Below are positions 9,508 through 19,539 of a stretch of 40,000 bases of DNA, in pieces. Position numbers and translations under genes: made by a program. This DNA is from Vibrio cortegadensis (lineage in GTDB: Bacteria > Pseudomonadota > Gammaproteobacteria > Enterobacterales > Vibrionaceae), in NCBI RefSeq assembly GCF_024347395.1, contig NZ_AP025472.1, forward strand, positions 1,564,465 through 1,604,464, given 5' to 3'. The stretch's first letter is position 1. Each line of letters starts with the position of its first letter. The notes beneath the pieces were generated by a model. The model saw nothing but the letters and a program-made list of their open reading frames with translations, ran no database searches and was not told the DNA's origin.

Positions 9508-11880
9508 TTATTTACCTTGGTCTTTAAGTAATCGAAGTGAGTTGGAGACTACGATAATAGAACTTGCCGACATACCAACAACGGCAATATATGGCGCAAC
9601 AAGTCCTGAAACCGCGAGAGGCAAAATTAGCAGGTTGTAACCTAAAGACCAAGCTAAGTTTTCGCGAATTATCTTACGTGTTTTAAGTGCCAGAGTTCGA
9701 GCCTCAAGTAATCGGTCAAGACGATCTCCAAGAAGAACCATATCAGCAGAAGCTTTAGCTACATCTGTACCGCCACCCATCGCGACAGACAGGTGAGCAC
9801 CAGCAAGTGTTGGTGCATCGTTGATACCATCACCAACCATCATGGTGATTTGCCCATCATTGAGGTGATTTAAAAAACTAAGCTTATCTTCTGGTTTCGC
9901 ATCACTAATCACTTCATTAATACCAATTTCATCGGCGACTAACTTAGCATTGGCATACGAATCGCCAGTCAACAACGTGGTCTTGATTCCTGCTTGTGCA
10001 AATTTCTTAATGAAGTTTACACTCTCTTTACGAATAGGATCACTGTAATGAAAAGTTGCTATATGCTTTCCATTCATTGAAAGGTAAACACAGTTACTTT
10101 GCACGGTTTGCTGTTTGTTCAATACAAATAGGGCACTACCAATTTTCAATTCTGAACCGTTATAATGACCAATAATCCCAGAGCCGATAATATTATTTAC
10201 ATCAGAGAGCGAAACCTCATTGTCGCTATATTCTCTAAATGCTTTGGCTATCGGGTGGTTAGCATGGCTTTCAAGAGCAGCAGCAAGAGACAAGCAGGAT
10301 GCTTCATCAATCTCAGCAAGAACGTCGATTTTACTTATGACAACGTCACCTTTAGTCAAAGTACCTGTTTTATCAATCACTAAATGATTCACTTTACACA
10401 AAGTTTCAAACACATGACCTTTACGTAGAAGAATACCAAAGTTACCCATGCGAGAAGTCGCACAAGTAATAGCGGTTGGCGTAGCAAGAGATAGTGCGCA
10501 AGGGCAGGTTGCCACTAATACTGCTAGCATGATCCAAAATGCATCTTCAGGTTTAGACTGGTGCCAATACAGCCAAGTACAGCCAGCAATAACTAATAAA
10601 ATAGCGACAAAATAACGCGCGACTACATCTGCAATTTGAGCAATTTGTGGTTTTGACATCTGCGCTTCATCTTGAAGACGAACAATATTCGAAATCATTG
10701 AATCTGCTTTCGATGAAGTCACTTCTAGTTCGAATGATTCATCACCATTTAATGTTCCAGCAAATACGGTTGAACCAACCTTTTTAACAACAGGGAGTGA
10801 CTCACCGGTCAGCATGGATTCATTAATGTGAACGCGGCCAGATAAAATGACCCCATCAGCAGGAATATGTTCGCCAGGCCGTACACGTATTTGGTCTCCT
10901 AGTTTCAGCGTTCTGACTGGTACTTGATCTCCATCTAACGTCGTTGCAATGGCAGGGATTAATTTAAGTAAATTTCCACTTGCCGCAGCAGCTTTGCGTC
11001 TCGCTCGCATTTCCAAATATCTGCCCACTAATAAGAAGAAAGTGAACATTGAAATTGATTCAAAGAATACTTCACCTTGCTCAGTCACCGTTGCGATAAG
11101 GCTAGCGACATAAGCAAAAATAAGCGCGATAGATACGGGAACATCCATACCAAGCGTTCGAGCACGAATGCTACGCCATGCGTTGGTATAGAAAGGAAGC
11201 GCAGAGTAGAGGAGTACAGGTGTCGCGAATATTAAGCTGACCCAACGGAAGTAATGCTTGAACTCCGGCTCAAGATCACCAAAGACTTCTAAGTAGAGCG
11301 CAACGGCAAGCATCATCACTTGCATTGTTGCAAGGCCAGCAATCCCTAAACGATAGAGGTATTGCTTCATCGCCTCGTGGTACGCGGCTTCTTGTTTATC
11401 CGCTTCAAAAGGTGCAGCCTTATATCCTAAGCGATGGATAACACCTAAAAGTTCACTCAATCGAGTTTGAGTTTTATCCCAACCGAGAATTGCACGGTTG
11501 GTTGTAGTATTCACACGAATTGAAAATACGCCCGCTTGAGAAGAGACCTGCTTTTCAATCAGCCAAGCACAAGCGGCACAAGACACGCCTTCTAAAGAGA
11601 GAGTGACTTCTGCACTATTTTCTGAATTACGAACAAACTCAGACTGCACGTCTTCATTGTCATAATGAATTAGGGCGCGTAATTGTTCCGGTACAAGATC
11701 AGCCTTTTCAGCTGGAGCAGTACGATATTGATAGTACGATTCAAGTCCACTTTCGACAATGGTTTGGGCGACGGTTTCACAACCAGGGCAACACATCTCC
11801 CTATTTTCACCTAAAATTTCAACTTGAAAGTCCGTGTTGGCTGGTACTTCTTCACCACAGTGGTAACACGATTTGCACAT
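9508..11880 (-). CDS. ccoI: Copper-translocating P1B-type ATPase CcoI/FixI
   Basis: 790 aa with N-terminal CxxC metal-binding motifs, a CPC TM motif (ATCPCALSLATP), the phosphorylation site DKTGTLT and the hinge GDGINDAP. Confidence 0.9.
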   Translation of the reverse strand: MCKSCYHCGEEVPANTDFQVEILGENREMCCPGCETVAQTIVESGLESYYQYRTAPAEKADLVPEQLRALIHYDNEDVQSEFVRNSENSAEVTLSLEGVSCAACAWLIEKQVSSQAGVFSIRVNTTTNRAILGWDKTQTRLSELLGVIHRLGYKAAPFEADKQEAAYHEAMKQYLYRLGIAGLATMQVMMLAVALYLEVFGDLEPEFKHYFRWVSLIFATPVLLYSALPFYTNAWRSIRARTLGMDVPVSIALIFAYVASLIATVTEQGEVFFESISMFTFFLLVGRYLEMRARRKAAAASGNLLKLIPAIATTLDGDQVPVRTLKLGDQIRVRPGEHIPADGVILSGRVHINESMLTGESLPVVKKVGSTVFAGTLNGDESFELEVTSSKADSMISNIVRLQDEAQMSKPQIAQIADVVARYFVAILLVIAGCTWLYWHQSKPEDAFWIMLAVLVATCPCALSLATPTAITCATSRMGNFGILLRKGHVFETLCKVNHLVIDKTGTLTKGDVVISKIDVLAEIDEASCLSLAAALESHANHPIAKAFREYSDNEVSLSDVNNIIGSGIIGHYNGSELKIGSALFVLNKQQTVQSNCVYLSMNGKHIATFHYSDPIRKESVNFIKKFAQAGIKTTLLTGDSYANAKLVADEIGINEVISDAKPEDKLSFLNHLNDGQITMMVGDGINDAPTLAGAHLSVAMGGGTDVAKASADMVLLGDRLDRLLEARTLALKTRKIIRENLAWSLGYNLLILPLAVSGLVAPYIAVVGMSASSIIVVSNSLRLLKDQGK

Positions 11881-11884
11881 AGTT

Positions 11885-12364
11885 TTAGTTCATTAGTTCT
11901 GTAGGGGACTCACTAGGAAAAGTAACACGACCTTGAACAAGCCACTCTGCATTATGCGGAGTAAGCTCGATAAACCAAGGTCCTTGCATCGCTTTATCAA
12001 GCGTTAGACGGTAATCACCATTTGCATCCGATGTAAGCAACTGAGTGAAATCTCGGTCAGGTAAAGTTCGGTGAACAAACATTGCTGTAAGCGCAGGGTA
12101 GTGATCTAACTGTCCCTTGTTAAATGAGATAACAACATCATTTTCGTCTGAAAAAACAGAAGCACTCAGCTCTAGTTCTTTCGCGACATTGATTTTTGAT
12201 AAATCAATGTTGATGCCTTTTCCCTTTTTATAGTAATCCTCAGTCACTAAAGAAACAGAGTTTTGCGAAAACACGATGACAGTAATAACGGTCCATACCA
12301 CAACGACAAGTGGCATCGAAATCAAGAACCACGGCCAGAATTGTTTATACCAAGGCTTTACCAT
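11885..12364 (-). CDS. ccoH: FixH/CcoH-family cbb3 oxidase assembly protein
   Basis: 159 aa with one N-terminal TM (WPWFLISMPLVVVVWTVITVIVF), positioned between ccoP and ccoI. Confidence 0.7.
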   Translation of the reverse strand: MVKPWYKQFWPWFLISMPLVVVVWTVITVIVFSQNSVSLVTEDYYKKGKGINIDLSKINVAKELELSASVFSDENDVVISFNKGQLDHYPALTAMFVHRTLPDRDFTQLLTSDANGDYRLTLDKAMQGPWFIELTPHNAEWLVQGRVTFPSESPTELMN

Positions 12365-12414
12365 AAAAAAGATCTCAACGACTAAAATAAGAAAGTTTAT
12401 AAACTATAGGAAAG

Positions 12415-12437
12415 ACAGCCCCTTAGATAGGGGCTGT
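12415..12437 (-). terminator. Stem-loop between ccoP and ccoH (attenuator or partial terminator)
   Basis: 9-bp perfect stem ACAGCCCCT/AGGGGCTGT with a 5-nt loop. There is only a weak T-tract on the minus strand, so it may be a processing or attenuation element rather than a full terminator. Confidence 0.45.
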
Positions 12438-12447
12438 TATTGAAATG

Positions 12448-13428
12448 TTACTTATTATCGGAATTACTTAGGCTCCAAACGTACGCTGAAACTAACTGAA
12501 CTTTGTCTTTACCTAGGATACCGTCCCAAGCTGGCATTACGCCAGAACGTCCATTCATTACAGTTTCTGTTACGTCTGCACGTGAGTCACCAAATAACCA
12601 ATCGTGATCGGTTAAATCAGGTGCGCCAACCGCAGGGTTACCTTTGCCATCTGTACCGTGACAAGCAGCACACACGACGAAGCGAGATTTACCAGCCTCA
12701 GCTTCACGAGCGTTAACTTTACGTCCCGATAGGCTTAGCGTGTAGCTCACGACTTCTTTAACGCCTTGCTCGCCTAAAGCATCCTTCCAAGAAGGCATTG
12801 CACCAATACGGCCTTTCATAACCGTCGTTACAATAGCTTGAGGCTCACCACCGTATAGCCAAGCGTCATCAGTTAGGTTAGGGAAACCTTTCTGACCACG
12901 AGCATCTGAACCATGACACTGTGAACAGTTTTGTAGGAACAGACGTTGGCCAACTTTGATTGCATCAGGATCCGCTGCAATATCAGGGATAGAGCGCAGG
13001 TTGTTGCCTGATTCATCATAAGCTAAGCGTTTAAATGCTTCACCAAAATAGGTTTCCGCATCATCAAGTTCTTTAGCGTATTGAACAGGGCGTTTGTTCT
13101 CTTGAGAAGCAAGAATCGACGCCTTAGACTCTTCAACAGTGCGAACAAGTTGATCCGAACTCTGCCAGCCTAGTAAGCCTTTGAAGTTACCTAAACCTGG
13201 ATATAGCGCTAAATAAACAGCAGCAAAGATAAAGGTACTGATGAACAGATAAGTCCACCATTTAGGCAGTGGGTTATTGAGTTCACGAATACCATCGTAT
13301 TCGTGGCCCATGTCTTCACCATCCTCAACACCCATTTTATCTTTTAGGCACCAAGTCAAGATAACAGCACAACCCACAAGCGTACCGACAGTAATTACGA
13401 TGATCCAGAGACTCCAGAATGTAGTCAT
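12448..13428 (-). CDS. ccoP: cbb3-type cytochrome c oxidase subunit P (dihaem c)
   Basis: 326 aa with an N-terminal TM and two CxxCH haem-c motifs (CSQCH, CAACH). Confidence 0.93.
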   Translation of the reverse strand: MTTFWSLWIIVITVGTLVGCAVILTWCLKDKMGVEDGEDMGHEYDGIRELNNPLPKWWTYLFISTFIFAAVYLALYPGLGNFKGLLGWQSSDQLVRTVEESKASILASQENKRPVQYAKELDDAETYFGEAFKRLAYDESGNNLRSIPDIAADPDAIKVGQRLFLQNCSQCHGSDARGQKGFPNLTDDAWLYGGEPQAIVTTVMKGRIGAMPSWKDALGEQGVKEVVSYTLSLSGRKVNAREAEAGKSRFVVCAACHGTDGKGNPAVGAPDLTDHDWLFGDSRADVTETVMNGRSGVMPAWDGILGKDKVQLVSAYVWSLSNSDNK

Positions 13429-13607
13429 TACTTAGTCACTCCTTGTTGGTTAGGATGTTGTTCTTTTTTTGGTTCATCAGCGAATACAAGATTAGCGGCT
13501 TCGTCGAAACGAGATTTACGGCTTTTACCGTAAGCCCACCAAACTACACCAATGAAACAAACAAAAACGGTAACGGTCCAAATGCTTTGAAAAGTAATAA
13601 TATCCAT
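13428..13607 (-). CDS. ccoQ: cbb3-type cytochrome c oxidase subunit Q (59 aa, absent from the ORF track)
   Basis: My translation is MDIITFQSIWTVTVFVCFIGVVWWAYGKSRKSRFDEAANLVFADEPKKEQHPNQQGVTK. It has a single TM, a TAATG overlap with the ccoP start, and sits between ccoO and ccoP. Confidence 0.85.
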   Translation of the reverse strand: MDIITFQSIWTVTVFVCFIGVVWWAYGKSRKSRFDEAANLVFADEPKKEQHPNQQGVTK

Positions 13608-13616
13608 AATTACACC

Positions 13617-14237
13617 TTATTTCATTGCATGACCGAGAGATTGCAAGTATGCAACAACAGCATCCATCTCAGTCTTACCAACAACATCTGTTGAAGCATT
13701 CGCAATCTGTTCGTCAGTGTATGGAACACCAAATTGATTACGGAATATTTCAAGCTTCTGCTGCGTAAGTTTGCCATCTAGTTCGTTCTCTGCAAGCCAT
13801 GGGAAACCAGGCATGTTTGATTCAGGAACTAATTCGCGAGGATCAATCAGGTGAACACGGTGCCACTCATCAGAGTAACGACCACCAACACGAGCAAGAT
13901 CAGGGCCAGTACGTTTAGAACCCCATAAGAATGGGTGTTCCCAAACACTTTCACCAGCAACAGAGTAATGACCGTAACGCTCTGTTTCAGAACGGAATGG
14001 ACGAATCATTTGGCTGTGACAAACATTACATCCTTCACGGATATAAACATCACGACCTTCCATTTCTAGCGCAGAGTATACGCGTAAGTTCTCAACAGGC
14101 TCTGTCGTTTGCTTCTGGAAAATCAACGGAGTGATCTCTACCAATGCACCTAGGCTGATTGCAAAAACAATCAAAATTGCCAATAAACCGACATTACGTT
14201 CAACTATTTCGTGGCGATTATTCGAATTTGAGCTCAT
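13617..14237 (-). CDS. ccoO: cbb3-type cytochrome c oxidase subunit O (monohaem c)
   Basis: 206 aa with an N-terminal TM and one CNVCH haem-c motif. Confidence 0.93.
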   Translation of the reverse strand: MSSNSNNRHEIVERNVGLLAILIVFAISLGALVEITPLIFQKQTTEPVENLRVYSALEMEGRDVYIREGCNVCHSQMIRPFRSETERYGHYSVAGESVWEHPFLWGSKRTGPDLARVGGRYSDEWHRVHLIDPRELVPESNMPGFPWLAENELDGKLTQQKLEIFRNQFGVPYTDEQIANASTDVVGKTEMDAVVAYLQSLGHAMK

Positions 14238-14249
14238 TCTTAAATCTCC

Positions 14250-15683
14250 TTATGCCGGGTGAACGATAGCTTTAAGGCTATCTTTCGGTGCAGTGATGGT
14301 TTTGTACGCGTTGTATGCAAGTAAGAACATACCAGTTAGGAAGATAAATCCACCTAAGAAACGTACGAAGTAGAATGGGTAAGACGCTTGTACTGATTCA
14401 ACAAAGCTATAAGTCAATGTGCCATCAGAGTTAACTGCACGCCACATCAAACCTTGCATAACACCAGAAATCCACATTGCTACGATGTAAAGAACAGTAC
14501 CAATTGTTGCTAACCAGAAGTGAGCGTTGATTAGGCTTACAGAGTACATACGTTCTTGACCAAACAGGCGAGGGATCAAGTGGTATACAGAACCAATTGA
14601 AACCATAGCAACCCAACCTAATGCACCAGAATGCACGTGGCCGATCGTCCAGTCAGTGTAATGTGATAATGCGTTTACTGTCTTAATAGACATCATCGGA
14701 CCTTCAAAAGTCGACATGCCGTAGAAAGAGAGTGAAACGATTAAGAAACGTAGAATAGGATCGTAACGAAGTTTATGCCATGCACCAGATAGGGTCATAA
14801 TACCGTTGATCATACCACCCCAAGATGGAGCGAACAGAACAAGCGACATTACCATACCGATAGACTGAGTCCAATCAGGTAGGGCTGTGTAATGAAGGTG
14901 GTGAGGACCAGCCCAAATATACAGAGATACTAAAGCCCAAAAGTGAACAATTGATAAACGGTAAGAGTAAACAGGGCGTTCTGCTTGCTTAGGGACAAAG
15001 TAATACATCATTCCTAAGAAGCCAGCTGTAAGTAAGAAACCTACGGCGTTGTGTCCATACCACCACTGTATCATCGCATCTACTGCACCAGAATAAATCG
15101 AATAAGATTTACCCAAAGAGACAGGGATTGCCATGCTGTTCACAATATGAAGTACTGCGACAGTGAGGATAAAGGCTCCAAAGAACCAGTTAGCTACGTA
15201 TATGTGTGATGTTGTACGCTTTATCAATGTTCCAAAGAACACGATGGCATAAGCAACCCATACAAGTGTTATAGCAATATCAATAGGCCATTCTAGTTCT
15301 GCGTACTCTTTGCCAGAGGTGTAACCCAAAGGTAAAGATATTGCAGCGGCTAAAATTATGGCTTGCCATCCCCAAAAAGTGAATGGAACCAGAGGGCCCC
15401 CAAATAGACGCGTCTGACAGGTACGCTGAACAACATAATATGATGTTGCAAACAGGGCACTTGTACCGAACGCAAAAATAACCGCATTAGTATGCAGGGG
15501 ACGTAAGCGACTATACGTCAACCACGGCGTATCAAAGTTCAGCTGTGGCCAAACTAATTGAGCGGCAATCAAAACACCAACAGCCATACCGACAATACCC
15601 CAGAGAATAGTAACTAAGGTAAACTGACGAACGACTGTATAGTTGTAGTTTTGTTCAAGCTGCTTTTCTTGGCTCATTTGCAT
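14250..15683 (-). CDS. ccoN: cbb3-type cytochrome c oxidase catalytic subunit N
   Basis: 477-aa 12-TM haem-copper oxidase subunit with conserved His ligands ([29 protein letters not shown]). It is the first gene of ccoNOQP. Confidence 0.93.
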   Translation of the reverse strand: MQMSQEKQLEQNYNYTVVRQFTLVTILWGIVGMAVGVLIAAQLVWPQLNFDTPWLTYSRLRPLHTNAVIFAFGTSALFATSYYVVQRTCQTRLFGGPLVPFTFWGWQAIILAAAISLPLGYTSGKEYAELEWPIDIAITLVWVAYAIVFFGTLIKRTTSHIYVANWFFGAFILTVAVLHIVNSMAIPVSLGKSYSIYSGAVDAMIQWWYGHNAVGFLLTAGFLGMMYYFVPKQAERPVYSYRLSIVHFWALVSLYIWAGPHHLHYTALPDWTQSIGMVMSLVLFAPSWGGMINGIMTLSGAWHKLRYDPILRFLIVSLSFYGMSTFEGPMMSIKTVNALSHYTDWTIGHVHSGALGWVAMVSIGSVYHLIPRLFGQERMYSVSLINAHFWLATIGTVLYIVAMWISGVMQGLMWRAVNSDGTLTYSFVESVQASYPFYFVRFLGGFIFLTGMFLLAYNAYKTITAPKDSLKAIVHPA

Positions 15684-15932
15684 GCTTCCAATTTCTAATT
15701 AACTACACTTTACTTCCAACACGACAAATGTCGTAATGCCCCCCAATCGACAAGAAAACAGTACTTATTCAGAACTTTATGTTTACTTACTAATTTTAAA
15801 AAAAGAGGCATTTTCAACGCAACACTATACGTGAATTAACAATTCAATGACAGAGTAGTAACCTTACCTGTGGTCTGGATTTATGCTTTTATTTAAAAAC
15901 TTTGAAGTTTGTTGCAAGGAGAGAGAGTAAAA

Positions 15933-16289
15933 ATGGCAGCTCAAAAGCTAACGAAAGGTAGATTAGTTCAAATAATCATCATGTTAAGTCTTCTAATCGT
16001 CGCATTCACATGGCGTACAATTAACTATAAAGATGAGAAAAACATCACATGTAAACTTGGAGAAACTTGCGAGTTTCAGATCAATGAAACAAATTTATTG
16101 GTTACAAATCACTCTACAGGTATCACTCTAAATACACCCGAAAATTTAACAATTAAGGCAAAAATAATCGAGGGCTCCGGGAATATTGTTCAACATGATA
16201 AAAAGCTCATCATTACTAAGCAAAGTAATAACGTTAAATTAAAAATATCGTCAGAAAATGAGATTGTTTACTTAGCGCTGTTAAATTAA
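15933..16289 (+). CDS. Small membrane-anchored hypothetical protein
   Basis: Start moved to MAAQKLTKG (ATG at 15933, preceded by AAGGAGAGAGAG). It has one TM (LVQIIIMLSLLIVAFTW). No family recognised. Confidence 0.5.
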   Translation: MAAQKLTKGRLVQIIIMLSLLIVAFTWRTINYKDEKNITCKLGETCEFQINETNLLVTNHSTGITLNTPENLTIKAKIIEGSGNIVQHDKKLIITKQSNNVKLKISSENEIVYLALLN

Positions 16290-16369
16290 TATTACCAGTA
16301 TTATTGTAAATAACACCGATATTGCTCCTCAGATACCGTTAAACAGGTATAACGCTTACTCTTTACTAT

Positions 16370-17575
16370 GTGAAACAAATCATGCAATTTATCTCTCTGA
16401 CATCCAATAATACAGATGAACGAAATGTCGCTTTAGAGTTTAAGCAGCAACTCAAAACAACAAATATCAGCAGCTTGATTTGTTACTACACTGAAGAGTA
16501 TTGTTCAGAATTATTATCACAACATTTGGTCGAAGCATTTCCGAATATACCGATCCAAGGCTGCAGTTCTTGCCAAGGTATTATGACGGAAAAAGGCTAT
16601 CATTCAGGGCCGGTGGTCGGCATATTAGCCATCTCTGACTTAGGTATAAACGCCTACGGGACAGGTTTATCTCATTACTCAGATGATAGAGAAAATATTG
16701 ATTCCGCCATTGCTCAAGCATTAGATGAGGCAATGTTAAGTGCCGACCGAATCGGTGAAGTGCCGAGTTTAATCATTCTCCATGCTACGCCAGGTGATGA
16801 AGAGAGAATGATTGCTTGTATTGATAAGAAATTCGGAACACTCGTTGCAATCATTGGAGGAAGTGCGGCTGATAACACAATTGACGGGAAGTGGTCTATT
16901 TTCAACGAAAAATCACATTGCCAATCAGGTGTCAGCGTCACTCTCGTCTATTCATCTCAATCAATTTTCACCTCATTCAGTGCCGGGCATTCAGCCACCG
17001 AATACCAAGGTACAATCACGAAGGCCCGTGGTCGAGAGCTACTAGAAATCGATCACAAACCCGCTTTAGAAGTCTACCATTATTGGACAGATCATCATCT
17101 AGGCAATTTAACTTCTGATGGTTACTTATTCGACAAGGCCACTATTTACCCATTAGGTAGAATCGCAGGATATATTTACGAACAGCCTTATTACAAACTA
17201 TCACATCCAATAAGGGAGACACCATCTCAAGGAATCGAGCTTTTTACTTCAATCCAAGAAGGTGAGAAGATTTACCTTATGGTTGGAAACAAAACACATC
17301 TTATCGGCCGAGCCGCACGAGTTGTTAATTCCGCTTATAATCAAAAACTTGAAGATATGGAAAGGCTTGGTGGTATCAATATTTTTTGCGCCGGACCTAT
17401 GCTTCACTTAAGGCAAGATATCGACGCCGTTTGTGATCAGATAAACACCGCCTTAGACGGTAAGCCATTCATCTGTCCTTTTACATTTGGTGAGCAAGGG
17501 CGCTTCATAGGTGGTGAAAACGGGCATGGTAACCTAATGATTTCATCAGCCGTATTTCACAAAGTTACAGGGTAA
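16370..17575 (+). CDS. FIST-domain signal-transduction sensor protein
   Basis: 401-aa soluble protein whose layout matches FIST_N/FIST_C proteins as I remember them. Its stop is 2 nt from the start of the downstream kinase. GTG start; an ATG at MQFISL is an alternative. Confidence 0.6.
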   Translation: MKQIMQFISLTSNNTDERNVALEFKQQLKTTNISSLICYYTEEYCSELLSQHLVEAFPNIPIQGCSSCQGIMTEKGYHSGPVVGILAISDLGINAYGTGLSHYSDDRENIDSAIAQALDEAMLSADRIGEVPSLIILHATPGDEERMIACIDKKFGTLVAIIGGSAADNTIDGKWSIFNEKSHCQSGVSVTLVYSSQSIFTSFSAGHSATEYQGTITKARGRELLEIDHKPALEVYHYWTDHHLGNLTSDGYLFDKATIYPLGRIAGYIYEQPYYKLSHPIRETPSQGIELFTSIQEGEKIYLMVGNKTHLIGRAARVVNSAYNQKLEDMERLGGINIFCAGPMLHLRQDIDAVCDQINTALDGKPFICPFTFGEQGRFIGGENGHGNLMISSAVFHKVTG

Positions 17576-17577
17576 TT

Positions 17578-19311
17578 ATGGACGCTTGCGATAAAGAACA
17601 ACTGCAAGAAGTGCTTTTAGAACTCAAGCACAGTCATGAAAGGGAAAAAAGACTTTCCGACGAAAATAGAGCGATTCTAGACGCTATTTCAGCCATGAGT
17701 GGTGCAGACAACCGCCAACAAATCTTTTTAGGTTTACAAACGGCATTAAGCAAATACATCGATGTCGAAGATTTTATTGTCATATCGCGTTCAAACGACA
17801 CTCATGCATTTGAAACATTACTGACCACAAATGCCGCTTTCAGAAATATTGCTTGGAACAAAGACAAAAAATTCACTCGCGTACTTAATGGCGAGTGTAT
17901 TATCTTATTTGAGCCCGCAACTCTAGATGAATTTATATCTCTTAACTGTGTCATTCGAGAAGAGGTCAAATCTGTTTTAATGACCGGTATTAATGCTGAA
18001 GTTACGCAGTCCGTTCTGCTTTTGATCGGAAGAAGAAAAGGGCAGTTCAGTTTAGAAGATAAACAAACACTCATTCGATTTAGCCCATTGATAGAACGAG
18101 CTATTATCGATATTGAGAATAAAGAAAAGTTAAATAATCTAGTAGAAGCAAGAACTCGAGCTCTAACGAAAGCTCAACAAGACGCGATCAAAGCAAACAA
18201 TGCCAAGTCCGAGTTTTTGGCAATGATGAGCCACGAAATTAGAACACCACTAAACTCAGTTCTCGGCATGCTTGATATTATGAAGCAGACTCAAATTAAT
18301 GCTCAACAGCTAGGAATTCTAACTCAAATGGAATCCTCCGCAGAACTTCTCCTCGCTATTATCAGTGACATTCTTGATGTTTCCAAGATTGAATCCGGCA
18401 GTTTTTCTCTTAATAAACAATGGATTAATATTAATGACACTGTCACTTTTGTAATTAGTCAATTACAGAATATAGCAGACAAAAAAGGGTTGAAGCTTAG
18501 TACATCTAATCTTATTGATACGAAAAAACTACACTTGATTGATTCAACTAGATTATCTCAAATCCTATTCAACATCGTAGGTAATGCCATCAAGTTTACT
18601 CCTGACGGCTCTGTCGATATATCATTAAACATCAACGAGAATAATCAACTCATCATAAAAGTCATCGATACAGGTATTGGTATTCAACAGAAAAAACTAC
18701 CATTCCTGTTCAACCCATTCCATCAAGCAGACAGCTCGATTACCCGTCGATTTGGTGGAACAGGATTAGGTTTAGCGATTACTAAGCATTTGGTTCAGCT
18801 GATGGATGGAAAAATCTCCGTTGAAAGCAAGTTGGGCAAAGGAAGTAAATTCACGATTTCAATTCCGGTTCTTTCTAAGTGTAATGACGAGTCTCAAGAA
18901 GATAACAACACACCAATAGAGAGCCCAAGTCTTAATATTCTCGTAGTCGAAGATACTCACACAAACCAAATGGTGATAAAGCTTCTGTTAAGCAGATTAG
19001 GTCACACTGTAACAATCGCAAGTAATGGGCTAGAAGCCTACGAGTATATTCAAAAGCACCATCAACACTTAGATCTGGTATTTATGGACATTTCAATGCC
19101 AGTGATGGACGGCTTGGCTGCAACGAAAGTAATTCGCTCGCAAGGGATTACCATTCCGATCATTGCGCTGACAGCCCACGCGATGGAAAACGATAAACAT
19201 GAATGTTTCAGAGTTGGTATGAATGATTTTATAACGAAGCCTGTAAGATCATCAGACATAGAAGCAGTTCTTCATCAATTAACAGCAAAGCTACCTCAAG
19301 AACATAATTAG
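17578..19311 (+). CDS. Cytoplasmic hybrid sensor histidine kinase / response regulator
   Basis: 577 aa with H-box FLAMMSHEIRTPLN, N/G boxes (VGNAIKFT, DTGIGI, GGTGLGLAI) and a C-terminal receiver (ILVVEDTHTNQ...DLVFMDISMP). No TM segments. Confidence 0.88.
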   Translation: MDACDKEQLQEVLLELKHSHEREKRLSDENRAILDAISAMSGADNRQQIFLGLQTALSKYIDVEDFIVISRSNDTHAFETLLTTNAAFRNIAWNKDKKFTRVLNGECIILFEPATLDEFISLNCVIREEVKSVLMTGINAEVTQSVLLLIGRRKGQFSLEDKQTLIRFSPLIERAIIDIENKEKLNNLVEARTRALTKAQQDAIKANNAKSEFLAMMSHEIRTPLNSVLGMLDIMKQTQINAQQLGILTQMESSAELLLAIISDILDVSKIESGSFSLNKQWININDTVTFVISQLQNIADKKGLKLSTSNLIDTKKLHLIDSTRLSQILFNIVGNAIKFTPDGSVDISLNINENNQLIIKVIDTGIGIQQKKLPFLFNPFHQADSSITRRFGGTGLGLAITKHLVQLMDGKISVESKLGKGSKFTISIPVLSKCNDESQEDNNTPIESPSLNILVVEDTHTNQMVIKLLLSRLGHTVTIASNGLEAYEYIQKHHQHLDLVFMDISMPVMDGLAATKVIRSQGITIPIIALTAHAMENDKHECFRVGMNDFITKPVRSSDIEAVLHQLTAKLPQEHN

Positions 19312-19356
19312 ACGTAAGTCTTTAAAACTTGATACTAAGAAAGTAAACAAGTTACT

Positions 19357-19410
19357 CCTAATAACTATATTCAGAATCGAAGATTAAGATATATAGTTAT
19401 TAGGTATTTT
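19357..19410 (+). terminator. Long AT-rich hairpin downstream of the kinase gene (terminator-like)
   Basis: 14-bp perfect inverted repeat CCTAATAACTATAT / ATATAGTTATTAGG (19357-19370 and 19391-19404) with a 20-nt loop, followed by TATTTT. Confidence 0.5.
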
Positions 19411-19511
19411 ATGGTAAATAGCGTTATTGTTAAATAGCATTTCAAGGTGAGAAGCGCAGAGACGCAAGGATAGTGGAAGTGTTTAAGTTAGATGGCACAT
19501 CAACAATTGCA

Positions 19512-19539
19512 ATTTAACATAATACACATAATACGCACC
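19512..19539 (-). other. dif: dif-like XerC/XerD recombination site A (11-6-11)
   Basis: The minus strand reads GGTGCGTATTA-TGTGTA-TTATGTTAAAT. The XerD arm equals the Vibrio/E. coli-type TTATGTTAAAT arm as I remember it. The site lies exactly at the boundary between core genes and phage DNA. Confidence 0.8.

Noticed and set aside
13443-13694. 83-aa plus-strand ORF
   Set aside because: It is antisense to the 59-aa ccoQ (13428-13607) and to the 3' end of ccoO. ccoQ explains this region better (single TM, TAATG coupling, conserved position).
15684-15932. Looked for an FNR box (TTGAT-N4-ATCAA) upstream of ccoN, since fnr is adjacent and cbb3 oxidases are usually FNR-activated
   Set aside because: I found no convincing match by eye. 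There is only a small palindrome, CGACAAATGTCG (~15722-15733), which does not fit the FNR consensus. Not reported as a site.
19418-19436. GCGTTATTGTTAAAT, resembling a plus-strand XerD arm (TTATGTTAAAT with one inserted T)
   Set aside because: There is no XerC-type arm at the right distance, and the orientation is opposite to sites A and B. It is probably chance or a decayed remnant.
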